Assembly (NCBI GenBank): GCA_030295235.1
Contig: AP026129.1
Coordinates: 1,364,001-1,388,845 of the forward strand
Direction of reading: 5' to 3'
From: Fistulifera solaris
Taxonomy: Eukaryota
Length of the DNA stretch: 24,845 bases
The first letter of the stretch is position 1, and each line of letters starts with the position of its first letter. Positions 10,020 through 20,330 of this stretch are shown here, one piece after another. The position numbers and the translations under genes are program-made. Below the pieces are notes generated by a model, which ran no database searches, was not told where the DNA came from, and worked only from the letters and a program-made list of their open reading frames with translations.

Positions 10020-13000
10020 ATGTCCCAGTGCAGTGTGTGTGCCACTCCGAAAAATAAGCAGCATGAAGTAAGAGGATTTTTGCCTTCGGCGCTTCTTGGC
10101 AAGCTTGTTGGGTCTTGCAGCTTGCATCTGATGCCAATATTCATTCCAATTCAGTGGGGCTCCTGGTGTTTCAAAGGAATGATTATCATTGACCGTTCAT
10201 CATCTTCTATCATCTCAGAAATTTGGTAGCTTCGCTTCAAAATCCTATCTGAGAGCTATATTCATTGATATTTGTTTGTAAGGGCTTCTTCTTTGCGTTT
10301 ATCGTCATCATGGTGAAGTCGTCTACTTCAAAGAAGTTAAAGGATGATGGCGTGAAGACTACCTGGATCAAGACAGAGGAAGCCAGTTTGGATATCGATA
10401 CTCTTGTCCATTCACGGTTTTCGCGGAAGATAGGTGCCATAGATGCGGAATACATAATAGAGAAATCAGTGGCTTGCTCATGCAGTGTGGAAAGTGCAAA
10501 AGGCATATTACTGCAGCATGAAATGCTTTAACGATGATTTATCCTGGCATCAGCAGTTCTGCCAAACCTCTCGTATCGACTCGCCCCCCTCGCTGGAAGA
10601 TGCTACAAAGATAAAGGTCAAACTACCTCCGGCGCATCAGCATCGAGCCAATCGGAGAGAATCTTTACAAGATCAAAGCCACGCATCACAAGTTGATTTT
10701 GGCAACAGATGCTAGTGGGCATACGTTTAAGCCAAATCTCGACGATGGGACCATCTTTTAGGTACACAAAAGGAAAGTCCCACGAGAAAAGAGGCACAGT
10801 AGATGGTCACAAGGGCGTTCGAAAGCTTTACGGATCAGGCCCTCTTACTCTAACAGTCGACAATGGGAATGGGAAAAAAGTATCGGTTACTGTGGATCCG
10901 GGCGGAAGTAGGTCCTCCGAAAATCAAAATTGAAGAGTTCAGGCCAGGATTGTACAAGATTGTTGCTTTATATCAAGCAGTCGGAAACTTGGAGCCTGGC
11001 TCGTTTTTTACCTATGACAAAGCTTGGAAAGGATTTCATCAGGAAGAAAATAAACACGTTCAGGAACTGGCAGGACAAGGCTACGTTGCATCTGACTGCT
11101 GTGAATGTGGATGGCAAAGAAATGACAATCGAAGTATCACCATCGGATCCAAGTCCACCAAAAATCAAGATACAAAATCTCGGCGAGAATTTGTATAAAC
11201 TGAAAGTCAAAGACCCCGCAGTCTTCCATGGATTGCTCGATATCACGGCCAAGGACAGTGATGGGTGTCCAATCACTCTTCAAAACAACGAAATTTTCAG
11301 CGATGTCGATGCAGGGACCGGTAAAACCCATCAACAACCAGAGGACGATGAGGAACACGGGGTCATACAAAAATTCGAGGCCACGGGAACCTTACAATCA
11401 CCGTCGTCAACTGTTTTGGAAAGGAAGTGAGTGCCTTTGTATCTCCCGGATCTGCTCCTCCACCGTCTCTTCGTTTGGAGTCCTTAAAAGACGGTTACTA
11501 CAAAATCCACGCTAGTGATCCGAATGATGAGCTCTTGACAATTCAAGTTGCGGATCATATTGGAGACACATTTGTACCTGGTCTGAAAAATGAGTCTGTG
11601 TTTTCCTACATGGATGCGGGGGTCGGGTAGCAATCAGCAGACTGCAAATAAACACCCCTCTTATGGCAGTGTGCAGAAATTGAGAGGTCACGGACAACTC
11701 ACCAGCGTCACAAATGCATCCGGAAAGACGGTGCAAGCTTTGGTCGAGCCTGCAGAAGCAACTCCGCCCTGTTGTGAATATTCATGAGTTAGAGAAGTGT
11801 ATCGACTTGAAGTTTCTGATGAGAGCGGTAATCCAGTAACTATCATGGCCGTCGACTCGGAACGTAACACGTTCAATGATGCATTGGCGGACCAATCCAT
11901 TTTTGGTACAAGGAAGCTGGAGAACGTTCTGCTACACAGGAAATTCAAGGAGATAGCATGCACGGTGTGCACAAAAATCCGAGGAAAAGGTGATCTTACC
12001 ATTACTGCAATCAATTCGGCTGGAAAGGAAAGTTCGGTTGTATTGAAGCCCAAGGAAGCGGACCCTCCATCTCTTGAATGGAAGATTTAGGAGACGGTTT
12101 CTATAGAGTAATTGCCAGCGATAGAGATGGTGAGCCTGTCATAGTTAACGCGGCAGATCAAGAAGGTAATGCATTTGCAGTAGAACCTGGGACAATTTTC
12201 CGTTACGAAGTGGCGGCAAGCGCCGATCTTCACAAGAATTCGCGAGAGGACGGCAGACTTCGGATTAGTCGAGAAGTTGTTCGGCAGTGGGAACCTCACG
12301 TTCAAGGCAATAAATGTGGCAGGCAAGGAGAGCACTGTTGTCATTCAGCTGACAGAATCAGATCCTCCCTCACTTAATATCAAAGATATAGGGGAAGGTT
12401 TCTTGAAAATAATTGCGGGTGACAGCGATGGCAAGCCTGTTGCAGTTAGGGCGGTAGATGAAGAGGGAAATGCATTTGTAATGCAATCTGGGACAATATT
12501 TAAGCTACGAAGAGGCCGGTAAGCGTACTGCTTCACAAGGCCAAAGCAATGACCAAAGATTGACACCGTGGAGAAAATGTGTGGACGTGGAAGTTTGACT
12601 ATCACAGCAGTGAATTAGGCAGGCAAGGAAACTTCAGTTGTAATAAAGGCGACCGAGCCGGATCCACCATCCCTAAGACTTGAAGATATCGGAGAAGGGT
12701 TCCGCAAAATAATCGTCAGTGACAAGGATGGTGGAAATATAGTCGTTATCGCCCTATGATAGTCAGAATGCGAGTTTACAGCAAAGCCTGGTATGATTTT
12801 TTGCTATCTCGGGACGGCGATTCCGGGCAAACGTACCAGCAAGACGTTAATCACAGCGATGTCAGCAATTTGTATGGAAAAGGTGAACTGACGTTCACGG
12901 CGACTAGCGATTCAGGCAAGCAGGCTACAGCGAAAATCCAAGCAACTCATTCGGACGAGCCAAGCGTTGAACTTGTAGAGGTGGGATCGGGTGCGTTTAG

Positions 13001-13577
13001 GATCGATGCCATCGACCCTAATGGCGATCCCATAACGGTACACGCCCGAAGATGCCAATGGTGATTCTATCGCTACAATCCCCGTTAAATCAACATTCCG
13101 TTATTCAGATGTCGGACCCGAATACAGTAAGAAAGAGCGGCAACGTGTATGATTTTCAGATGCCTGAGCTGTGGATCACTTGCTACAATAAGGCTGGGAA
13201 GAAGACAAAACTAAGGATAAAGGCGCCGGAAAGAAGCACGAGCAAGAACCCAGCTCGCCTAAGCCTCCCACAGTTAGTTCCAATCAGTCTTCTGGCTCAG
13301 GGCGAGCCAGACTTCGCCATCCAAGAGAAAAAAGAGAATATTAACACGTGAAGTTCGTGACAAACTAATATTCTGGTACGGTCGTCTTGGCTACCCAACC
13401 CGCGACGAGATGATTAAGAAAGTAGCCCGCTTGCCTGAGTCGTGCGGAATAAGAGCAGAAGATGTCGATCTTTTGCCATGGATAATGAATGGGAGAATGA
13501 TAAGGACAAAAGACTTGCATGACAAAGTTCTGGAAAATACAACAGTTTATATTGAAAAGGAAGTCAACAGCGATTGA
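10020..13577 (+). CDS. Large MYND-zinc-finger protein with tandem ~100-aa beta-rich repeats and a C-terminal WYGRLGYP..EDVDLLPW segment; many frameshifts; start uncertain (ATG 10020 or 10310)
   Basis: MSQCSVC begins at 10020 and is followed by a GTAAG donor at 10068. LMQCGKCK/AYYCSMKCFNDDLSWHQQFC is read across a frameshift at ~10480-10563. Successive short ORFs contain the same repeat unit. The last frame reads KLIFWYGRLGYPTRDEMIKKVARLPESCGIRAEDVDLLPW...EVNSD and stops at 13575-13577. Confidence 0.6.
10829..13225 (+). repeat. Coding tandem repeat with a ~300-bp period, 8 units plus a partial one
   Basis: The motif G.G.LT.TA.N..GK...V.I.P...PPSL.IEDLG.G.Y.I.A.D.DG.PV.I.A.D recurs near 10829, 11073, 11377, 11683, 11980, 12280, 12580, 12873 and 13163 (partial). 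Confidence 0.8.
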
Positions 13578-13715
13578 TTTGCATGGCTACGTTTTGAAAA
13601 ACCCAACACAGTCTTGAAATGCAAATTAACAGCGATATTAATGACTTTTCTCTCACCACTCACTGTCTGCAACTCTAATTGTAGGATGACTTTGATTTTT
13701 GTTTAAACTTTCGAT

Positions 13716-13990
13716 GGAATCCCCCTCATTGGGAAACGGGCTCGGGACTGGCCCTCTACTAGCGCACTAAGGCTAGAGAGTTAGAACCAAAGCTTACTCA
13801 GAGAAGTGTCAGACTGAAATATATGTGAATGAAAAATGGAAAATTCAGTCGAATGTCAAGATTAGATTCTGACGATTAAAAAATTAGGAATAATATTACT
13901 TTTGAAAAAAAATATTTATTCCTAATTTCCTCAAGTCAGAATGCAAATTTGACGTTGGTTTGCATTTTCTTTGGCTTTTCTGGACTTCCG
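13716..13990 (+). mobile_element. Copy A: 5'-truncated 3' end of an RLE-type non-LTR retroelement (last codons plus hairpin-containing 3' UTR)
   Basis: Encodes NPPHWETGSGLALY-stop (TAG 13760-13762). It is homologous to 14745-15030, and 13716-13893 is the reverse complement of 17253-17430 with 3 mismatches. The right boundary is approximate. Confidence 0.7.
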
Positions 13991-14189
13991 AAAAATGAAT
14001 CAGCCACAAACAATCCTAAACATTGATCCCTGATTTCATTAAGTCCAAATAAGATTCTGACATTCAAATGAATATAACGACTCCGATCAACAATTCGCTG
14101 ACTTGTGCTAAATTACAAGAGCCCAAGTGCTAGCAGAGGAAAGACCGAAAAACAAAAGAGAGCGACGTGAAATCTCTGTATGAGCCTGA

Positions 14190-15030
14190 CAACAATGCAA
14201 ACACGGGCGGACTTGTGATCCAGAGACACGACGATCTGAAAGCGGAATTTATGTCTCTCTGCAGCAAGCCTTTGGACCCAAATCTGTTCGCAACGAGCCT
14301 ACCATCCACACATTTGGCAACAGCAACAACAGTACACAGGTTCAAGAACTTCGAGGAGATGTTTCAGCCGATGGTTTTTGGAATGAGAGACGAACGACCA
14401 TTTTCGACGTCCAAGTTACTGACACCGACGCACCGTCATACAGAAACCGTGACCCGATTAAGGTTCTGGCTTCTCAAGAGCGTGAAAAGCGCAGTACCAG
14501 GTATGTACGGACACCCCCCTTGCCATGAAGGCAGACGAGACTTCACTCCCTCGGTCTTTTCCATTGATGGAATGATAGGACAAGAGGCTATTTCAGCATC
14601 GAGACAACTTGCAAGAAAACTTCAACAGAAGTGGAACAAGCCATACTCTGAGATTTGTGGTTTCATCAGAGCTCGCTTGAGTCTTTCCCTGGTCCGGTCA
14701 GTTAGTATGCTTCTGCGGAATCCAAGAGAAGGAATGCCTAGACGGTCTCCCCCGCATTGGGAAGGGCTCTAAACTGGCCCTTTCCTACTAGTACAGAACC
14801 AAAGCCTACTCAAAAATGGAGAATTGAGTCGAATGTCAAGATTTAATTCTGGCGTTTGGAAATTAAAAAAAAATTGATCGGTCTCGTAAAAGATGTTCAT
14901 AAAGTAAAGAATGAATATTTTTAGATACATAAAGTACTAATAATTATTCCTAATTTTTTTGTTTTATTCCCAATTTACTAAAGTAAGAATACAAATTTGA
15001 CGTCTCTTTGCATTTTTCTTGGGCTTCCGG
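14190..15030 (+). mobile_element. Copy B: decayed fragment of a CRE-like non-LTR retrotransposon (end of zinc knuckle, restriction-like endonuclease, 3' UTR)
   Basis: Across frameshifts it reads QCK.GGLVIQRHDDLK, then (hidden in another frame, 14340-14500) ELRGDVSADGFWNERRTTIFDVQVTDTDAPSYRNRDPIKVLASQEREK, then RDFTPSVFSIDGMIGQEA..LARKLQQKWNKPYSEICGFIRARLSLSLVRSVSMLLRNPR. No RT domain is seen in the window. The clade call comes from motif recall. Confidence 0.75.
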
Positions 15031-15711
15031 TCCTCAGAAGCTCCATTTCCTGAATCACTGTACCACAGTTAGTAGTAGAGTGACAAACCTGCACCGGATT
15101 CGCAGTGCGGTAGATTGGGCTGTGGAGCGCCATCTCTCAGTTTTCGCAATAGCAAGCACACCGATCGAACCAACGAGAGGCTCAGACGAGATCTTATGAA
15201 GCCACCAATTTCAGAGTACGGTCTATTCCATTTCTTGCGACGGCTTTATTACGCATAAGCCCGTCAAGGGAAAAGCCAAGAGGCGTGTTATCACAACGAC
15301 GTTTCATGTTTATAAAGTTAAGAATGAATGCTTTTTCCATGAAAATGAAGCTTGTAGGTGCTTTGTCGACAAGCTAACACGCGCGCTCCCGACGAAAGAC
15401 TGTCTGCTGTTTGACTGGACGTTAAGCGTTTCAAGCTCTTCTTACGGTTTAAGCAGCAACTGCAGAACTGATCTTGAAACGAGCAAGTCAGTTACAATGT
15501 CTCATTACTTTGTATTTGTGTCAATAGTCGTTTATAGCCAGTCGCAATTAGTTTTTATCATATGAAGCGAAGATAATTGGATCCAAACGTAATTATCAAA
15601 TAATAATTGTGAACCAAATCGTCCGTTTAATTCAGGTTGTCTGTGTTAAGATATGCCAATAAAACTTTGTCAGTACGTTTAAAAAACGATAGCTGTTTTA
15701 TCATAAAATAA

Positions 15712-15927
15712 AGGAATGACCGATCCATCACTTTCACTAACACAGCTAATTTTATTCATTGATACGCAAGTTGTTCCTTAGTTCTGTCGTTGCCCAAATA
15801 CGACGTATAATAGAGGAACGGCCGATCCATAACTTTCCCTAATACAACTGAATTGATTCATTTGTCTTTTTGATTCCGTTGATACGCAAGTTGTTCCTTA
15901 GTTCTGTCGTTGCCCAAATACGACGTA
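15712..15927. repeat. Two-unit direct repeat with an identical 49-bp core
   Basis: TTGATACGCAAGTTGTTCCTTAGTTCTGTCGTTGCCCAAATACGACGTA occurs at 15759-15807 and 15879-15927. Diverged 5' parts start at 15712 and 15814. Confidence 0.9.
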
Positions 15928-16164
15928 CCTGCAAATGAATTCGTACATTGTCCAAAAGAGATCATTTGATACCTGCGTAGGGTGTCACATGTCATTTCTT
16001 GTGTTGCTTTTTTCTCCAAATGAGTTCCAAAATCCAGATCAATATTTCAGCACATGTAACAGAAATCAAGAATTAGACTAACGCTGAAATTCAACGATAA
16101 AGATATGAATATCAACAGTGTGGCCTGGGAACGAAACTTGATTATGATATGCGCATGATTAAGA

Positions 16165-16375
16165 GCTGATTTCATCGTTTTTAGAAGTTTTTCTTTGTCT
16201 CATGCGCTGAAAACCTGCTGATGAGTCTGAGGGAATAAAATCACATCAACGTTTCAAGTAAAGGAATTTAGTGCTGATTTCATCGTTCTTAATAGTTTTT
16301 CTTTGTCTCATGCGATGAAATCCTGCTGATGAGCCTGGGGGATTGAAATCACGTTAACGTTTAACGTAAAGGAAT
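16165..16375. repeat. Two-unit tandem repeat with a 108-bp period, self-complementary, containing CTGATGAG
   Basis: Units 16165-16267 and 16273-16375 align without gaps (GCTGATTTCATCGTT...CCTGCTGATGAG...AAATCAC...GTAAAGGAAT). Confidence 0.9.
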
Positions 16376-16583
16376 AGTTGAAGTATTTACTCCCAAGTGT
16401 CCTCAACTCCAGTGTTCATTTTCATTTCGATGAGACACGCATATTTTTGGGTTAACTCTCCCTGATCTAGAACTTTTGCTCGAGTATATGGCAACTTTAA
16501 AGGCTTTTCAAGGGAGAGGGGTCATCGGAGTGCGAAGGAGCACACTTACCGATTCGACCAGAAAAGAAACTCATGCAAGCTTT

Positions 16584-16643
16584 GATGATCAATTGAGAAG
16601 AGCGTTAATACAAATGCGCGCTTAGATGATCAATTGAGAAGAG
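16584..16643. repeat. 19-bp exact direct repeat with a 22-bp spacer
   Basis: GATGATCAATTGAGAAGAG occurs at 16584-16602 and 16625-16643. Confidence 0.9.
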
Positions 16644-17166
16644 ACGAAGGGAGTGAGATATCGCATCGGCGTCATTAATAAGAAATTAAATACAAAATGG
16701 TTTTTACATTATTCTACAAGCGCAGTTATGGCTTGGAGCTCATATCTTGTTTCTGGACTCCTGGCTCTCTCGGTTCCGTCGTCCTCACTCTTTTTTCCTT
16801 GCAGACTCAGATAGAGTTTCTTGATGCATTATTGGCCATGTTACTTGTTACTTAAGTGGTACCCCGTTAATATAGCAATACGAAAATGCGATGCTTCACA
16901 ACTGCGCTTAGCGCGAAACGCGAAATACTCTTTGATGCTGGATCTTTTGGAACTTTGACTTCAATCTTGACAGCGTCATCTCTTGCCAGCTGCCATGTGC
17001 CAATTGGTATCATTCTTGACAAACCGACCTCGGATCCTTCATGCTTGAATTATCTTTTATTTTTTTGCTCGTTCTTTGACTGTTTTGCAATAGTGATTAT
17101 TCACCGTCGTTCGTTTGTGCCGCTTCTGGCTCGTGTCTTTGTCGGTGTTTTATTGTTTTTTACAAA

Positions 17167-17478
17167 CGTAATTTAACTAGTATTTATTCCTAATTTCCTC
17201 AAGTCAGAATGCAAATTACGGTGTTTTATTGTTTTTTTTTTTGGAAAACATTTTATTCCTAATTTTTTAATCGTCAGAATCTAATCTTGACATTCGACTG
17301 AATTTTCCACTTTTCATTCACATATATTTCAGTCTGATACTTCCCTGAGTAAGCTTTGGTTCTAACTCTCTAGCCTTAGTGCGCTAGTAGAGGGCCAGTC
17401 CCGAGCCCGTTTCCCAATGAGGGGGATTCCGTTTTGGCATTCCTTCTCTTGGATTTCGCAGAAGCATACTAACTGACC
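17167..17478 (-). mobile_element. Copy C: 5'-truncated 3' end of the same retroelement, inverted, with its distal hairpin arm flipped
   Basis: The reverse strand encodes SVSMLLRNPREGMPKRNPPHWETGSGLALY-stop. 17431-17478 matches copy B and 17253-17430 matches copy A. 17181-17217 matches 13913-13949 in direct orientation. Confidence 0.75.
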
Positions 17479-17482
17479 TGAG

Positions 17483-18547
17483 TTACTTTTGTTCCTGCAT
17501 GACGTGAAGGCTTCAATCTTGCAGCTCCGCCAAAGTGTTCAAGCAGGATCCTCGACCGACGTGGTGGTTGAAGAGTACAATGAATCCAGGGGTATTTGAC
17601 TGCGTGCGACACATCGTCATTGTCGGCCAGTCAATGGCTGAGCTATATTTCCTGTCGAGTCGCGCATTGTGCATCTGACCTTGATTTCCACCGCCGACAA
17701 CAGCCTTGAGGTCTTTGTTCCCCCCGGAAATGGTGGTCTACCAAGGTGGATGCGATGCACTGTAGTTGTGTTGGTAAAACAAATCCTTCCGATGCGAGTT
17801 GCTTCTTGAAGTGACCGGTGGCGAAGAATATTTGATCTTCCTCTTTATGCGGTATGGTCAGCCTTTACCTTGTGCTCGATAGAAGAATATGAGCACGCCC
17901 CTGAACAATAACTGGGATGGTGCCATTGAAATCCTTCAAGATGATTTGCCCTTTCACGCCGAACATTCTCTAGTGGGCTCACTTTCTGATTTCGATCTCG
18001 ACGATTGCAGCTTGGATGGGACTTATGCAGTGTGGTATAAGTACACCACAACATTGCCAGAAGAAATTGTGTATTTTTCCGCGACAACCAGAGACTACAC
18101 ATTCAGCGTGTCCACGTATAATGTCATTGGGGTTCAATCTCCTGTGGATGAATTATTTACATGCGTTGCAGTGGGAAATGAACTTGAAAAATCTGTCTCA
18201 TGGGTTGCGGAAGCGAATATTCCTTATTATATTCTTGTTGGAGACGTCGTTCCGTTTAGCGACAGTATCTTTACGTTGACCTTAGAGTCCGGCGGCGTAC
18301 CAGAAACAAGTGTCCCCGAACCGGTTTCATCTCCGCCTGTTTCGGCACCAGATAAGCAATGAAGGATCAGATTCAGCGACGTCTCTTGCACCCGATTTCA
18401 TTGCGGCCTGTTTCCACACCCGTTACTGATGATTCTTCGCCTGTTGCGGCTCCTACTGCAACGTCAGGAGAAGATTCTGTTGGCTTGCTGGAATCCGCCT
18501 TCAAAACTCAGATGATGGCGTTCCTTTTGTGTGTCATCATTGCGTAA
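17483..18547 (+). pseudogene. Secreted or surface protein with two tandem Cys-containing beta domains, a P/S/T linker and a hydrophobic C-terminus (possible GPI signal); 5' end abuts retroelement copy C; frameshifted
   Basis: Begins with a signal-like LLLFLHDVKA without a Met. Domain 1 fragments: QWLSY..VHLTLIST..VVYQGGCDAL.CVG..EVTGGEEYLIF. Domain 2: PLNNNWDGAIEI..DCSLDGTYAVWYKY..FTCVAVG..VSWVAEANIPYYILVG. Ends MMAFLLCVIIA-stop. Confidence 0.55.
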
Positions 18548-19138
18548 TAAATAATGAGGCGCAAAGAAGAGAATGTTAAGGTTAGGGTCAAGAACGAAGT
18601 ATACTCCCCAGAACCTAACGTAACAAGAATTGGTAATTTATCAATTATTTATGTTTTCCTGCCAATGGAGTGTATAAAAACATTACGGCTCAACAACTGA
18701 GCTCATAACTGCCAACAATAGAAAGGCAGCTACGAACTTGTCCGTGCTTCACCCATCCTATCCATTACCTGTTTCTTGCAATATCCTAATTAACACTGCA
18801 ATAGTTTCGAATTGCGTTAAGTAAAGGTAAACAAAAGGAAGGTAAATAAGCTCCACCTCTAGACCTGTGCTACGTGCTACTAACGATCGCCGTCATCGAA
18901 GATTTCATATTATTTCAACTGCGTTGAATGACGACTGTTTCGTGACCCAACTCGGTCAGACTCAGCAGAAAAATGATAGACGATGCTATACTTCTTTGAA
19001 CGATGAATGCGATGAACGATGATGCGATGATGAGAATCAAAATTGCAAGCTCAACATTTGATGAGTTGCTGATTGTTATTAGAATAGCTTTCATTTCCTT
19101 TTACGTGTCTCATTTTCTGACAAGAAACTCTCGAAAAC

Positions 19139-20127
19139 ATGTCAGTGGCAGCAACTTCGTGCGAAGCCGTCACAACGACGTCGTTCCTTTCGTCGTCTCT
19201 CTTTACGGCACTTGCTTCCCTCTTTGCATTTCCGACTGTCTTCTGGCTCGTTGCGTATTTGATTCCGCAAATCTACATGGCCTTTCGACCCGTTCCTAAT
19301 TTGAAAAGAAATACGCCGCCGAATGGGCTTTGGTAACGGGCGGAGGCAGTGGAATTGGGAAAGCATTGTGCTTCGCACTCGCACAACAAGGATTAAATGT
19401 CGTTGTCGTTTCCTTAGATGATGATTTTCTCAAAACAACGATGCAAGAACTAAAGCAACAATTTCCGAAGCAAGAATTTCGTTCGGTAGGAGTCAATTTC
19501 GCACCCGGTGTTAAATACATGGATGCTATTATCAAGGCCACAAAAGATATTCACATCCCCATCGTTTTTTGCAATGCTGGGTTCATGGTGACGGGCTTTC
19601 TCGATCAAGCTCCCATTGAAAAGCTACTCGCCAATATTGAATGCAACGCCACTTCTGCCGTCAATGTGTCGCATCATTTTGTCAAAATACTGGTGCAGAA
19701 CAAACAAAAAGGTTGTATTGTCTTTCACGAGCAGTGTCGCTGGATTCATTCCGACACCTTTCAGCGGCCATGTACGCCAGTACCAAAGCCTTTGTGTCAC
19801 AATTTGCCGCTTGCTTGCACATTGAAGTCAAGCCGCTCGGTATTGATGTGTGTGCGATTCATCCGTCACCAGTAGCTTCCAACTTTTATCACAAACTCGA
19901 TCACAAGGTCGATATGATTGAAGCGGCGGCGAAATCGGCCGTTACGCCGGAAAGTGTCACCAATGACATGTTGCGGAGTATTGGGCCTTGTGCGTTGCGA
20001 GATATGGGTGGATTGGCGTGGGGAACACGCATGGGGACGTTCTTTTGCCCTATAACTTCTTTGCGGAAGTCTTTGCGTTCTTTGCACCTTTTTGCCTGAT
20101 TGGAAGACGCACAATCAGCATCGTTGA
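19139..20127 (+). CDS. Membrane-anchored short-chain dehydrogenase/reductase, 17beta-HSD3/12 or very-long-chain 3-ketoacyl-CoA reductase-like; several frameshifts
   Basis: N-terminal hydrophobic anchor, WALVTGGGSGIGKA, CNAG, SSVAG, the YxxxK motif MYASTKAFV and HPSPVASN. Ends LPDWKTHNQHR-TGA at 20125-20127. Confidence 0.85.
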
Positions 20128-20330
20128 TCGAGGACGAAATGAATGAAACAATGAGATTGTGGGAGAATGGCGTATCAAATTATGAAATAGTTACCGCTGT
20201 AGTGGTATAAACACGTGACTCATTAATTATTGCTGACTACCTGAGAAAACTGTTTGCGATGTCAAAAATGTGTATCAATGTAGAATCAAAAGCAATTTGC
20301 AAACAAATGAACAAAAACGTAAACTTGCGC

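Noticed and set aside
15759..16643. Repeat-spacer pairs (49 bp x2 and 19 bp x2) as a CRISPR array
   Set aside because: Only two copies of each, the repeat types are unrelated, there are no cas genes, and the context is eukaryotic.
16868..17176. Short open frames on both strands (96 aa on +, ~60 aa on -) inside the repeat block
   Set aside because: No recognisable motif, so I cannot support a gene call.
18575..18624. GTTAAGGTTAGGGTCA followed by ACCTAACGTAAC as an interstitial telomere or hairpin element
   Set aside because: Only about two degenerate units on each side, which is too short to distinguish from chance.
19027..19119. Possible C/D box snoRNA (ATGATGA...CTGA)
   Set aside because: No terminal stem or recognisable rRNA guide, and the box arises within a low-complexity GAT-rich stretch upstream of the SDR.
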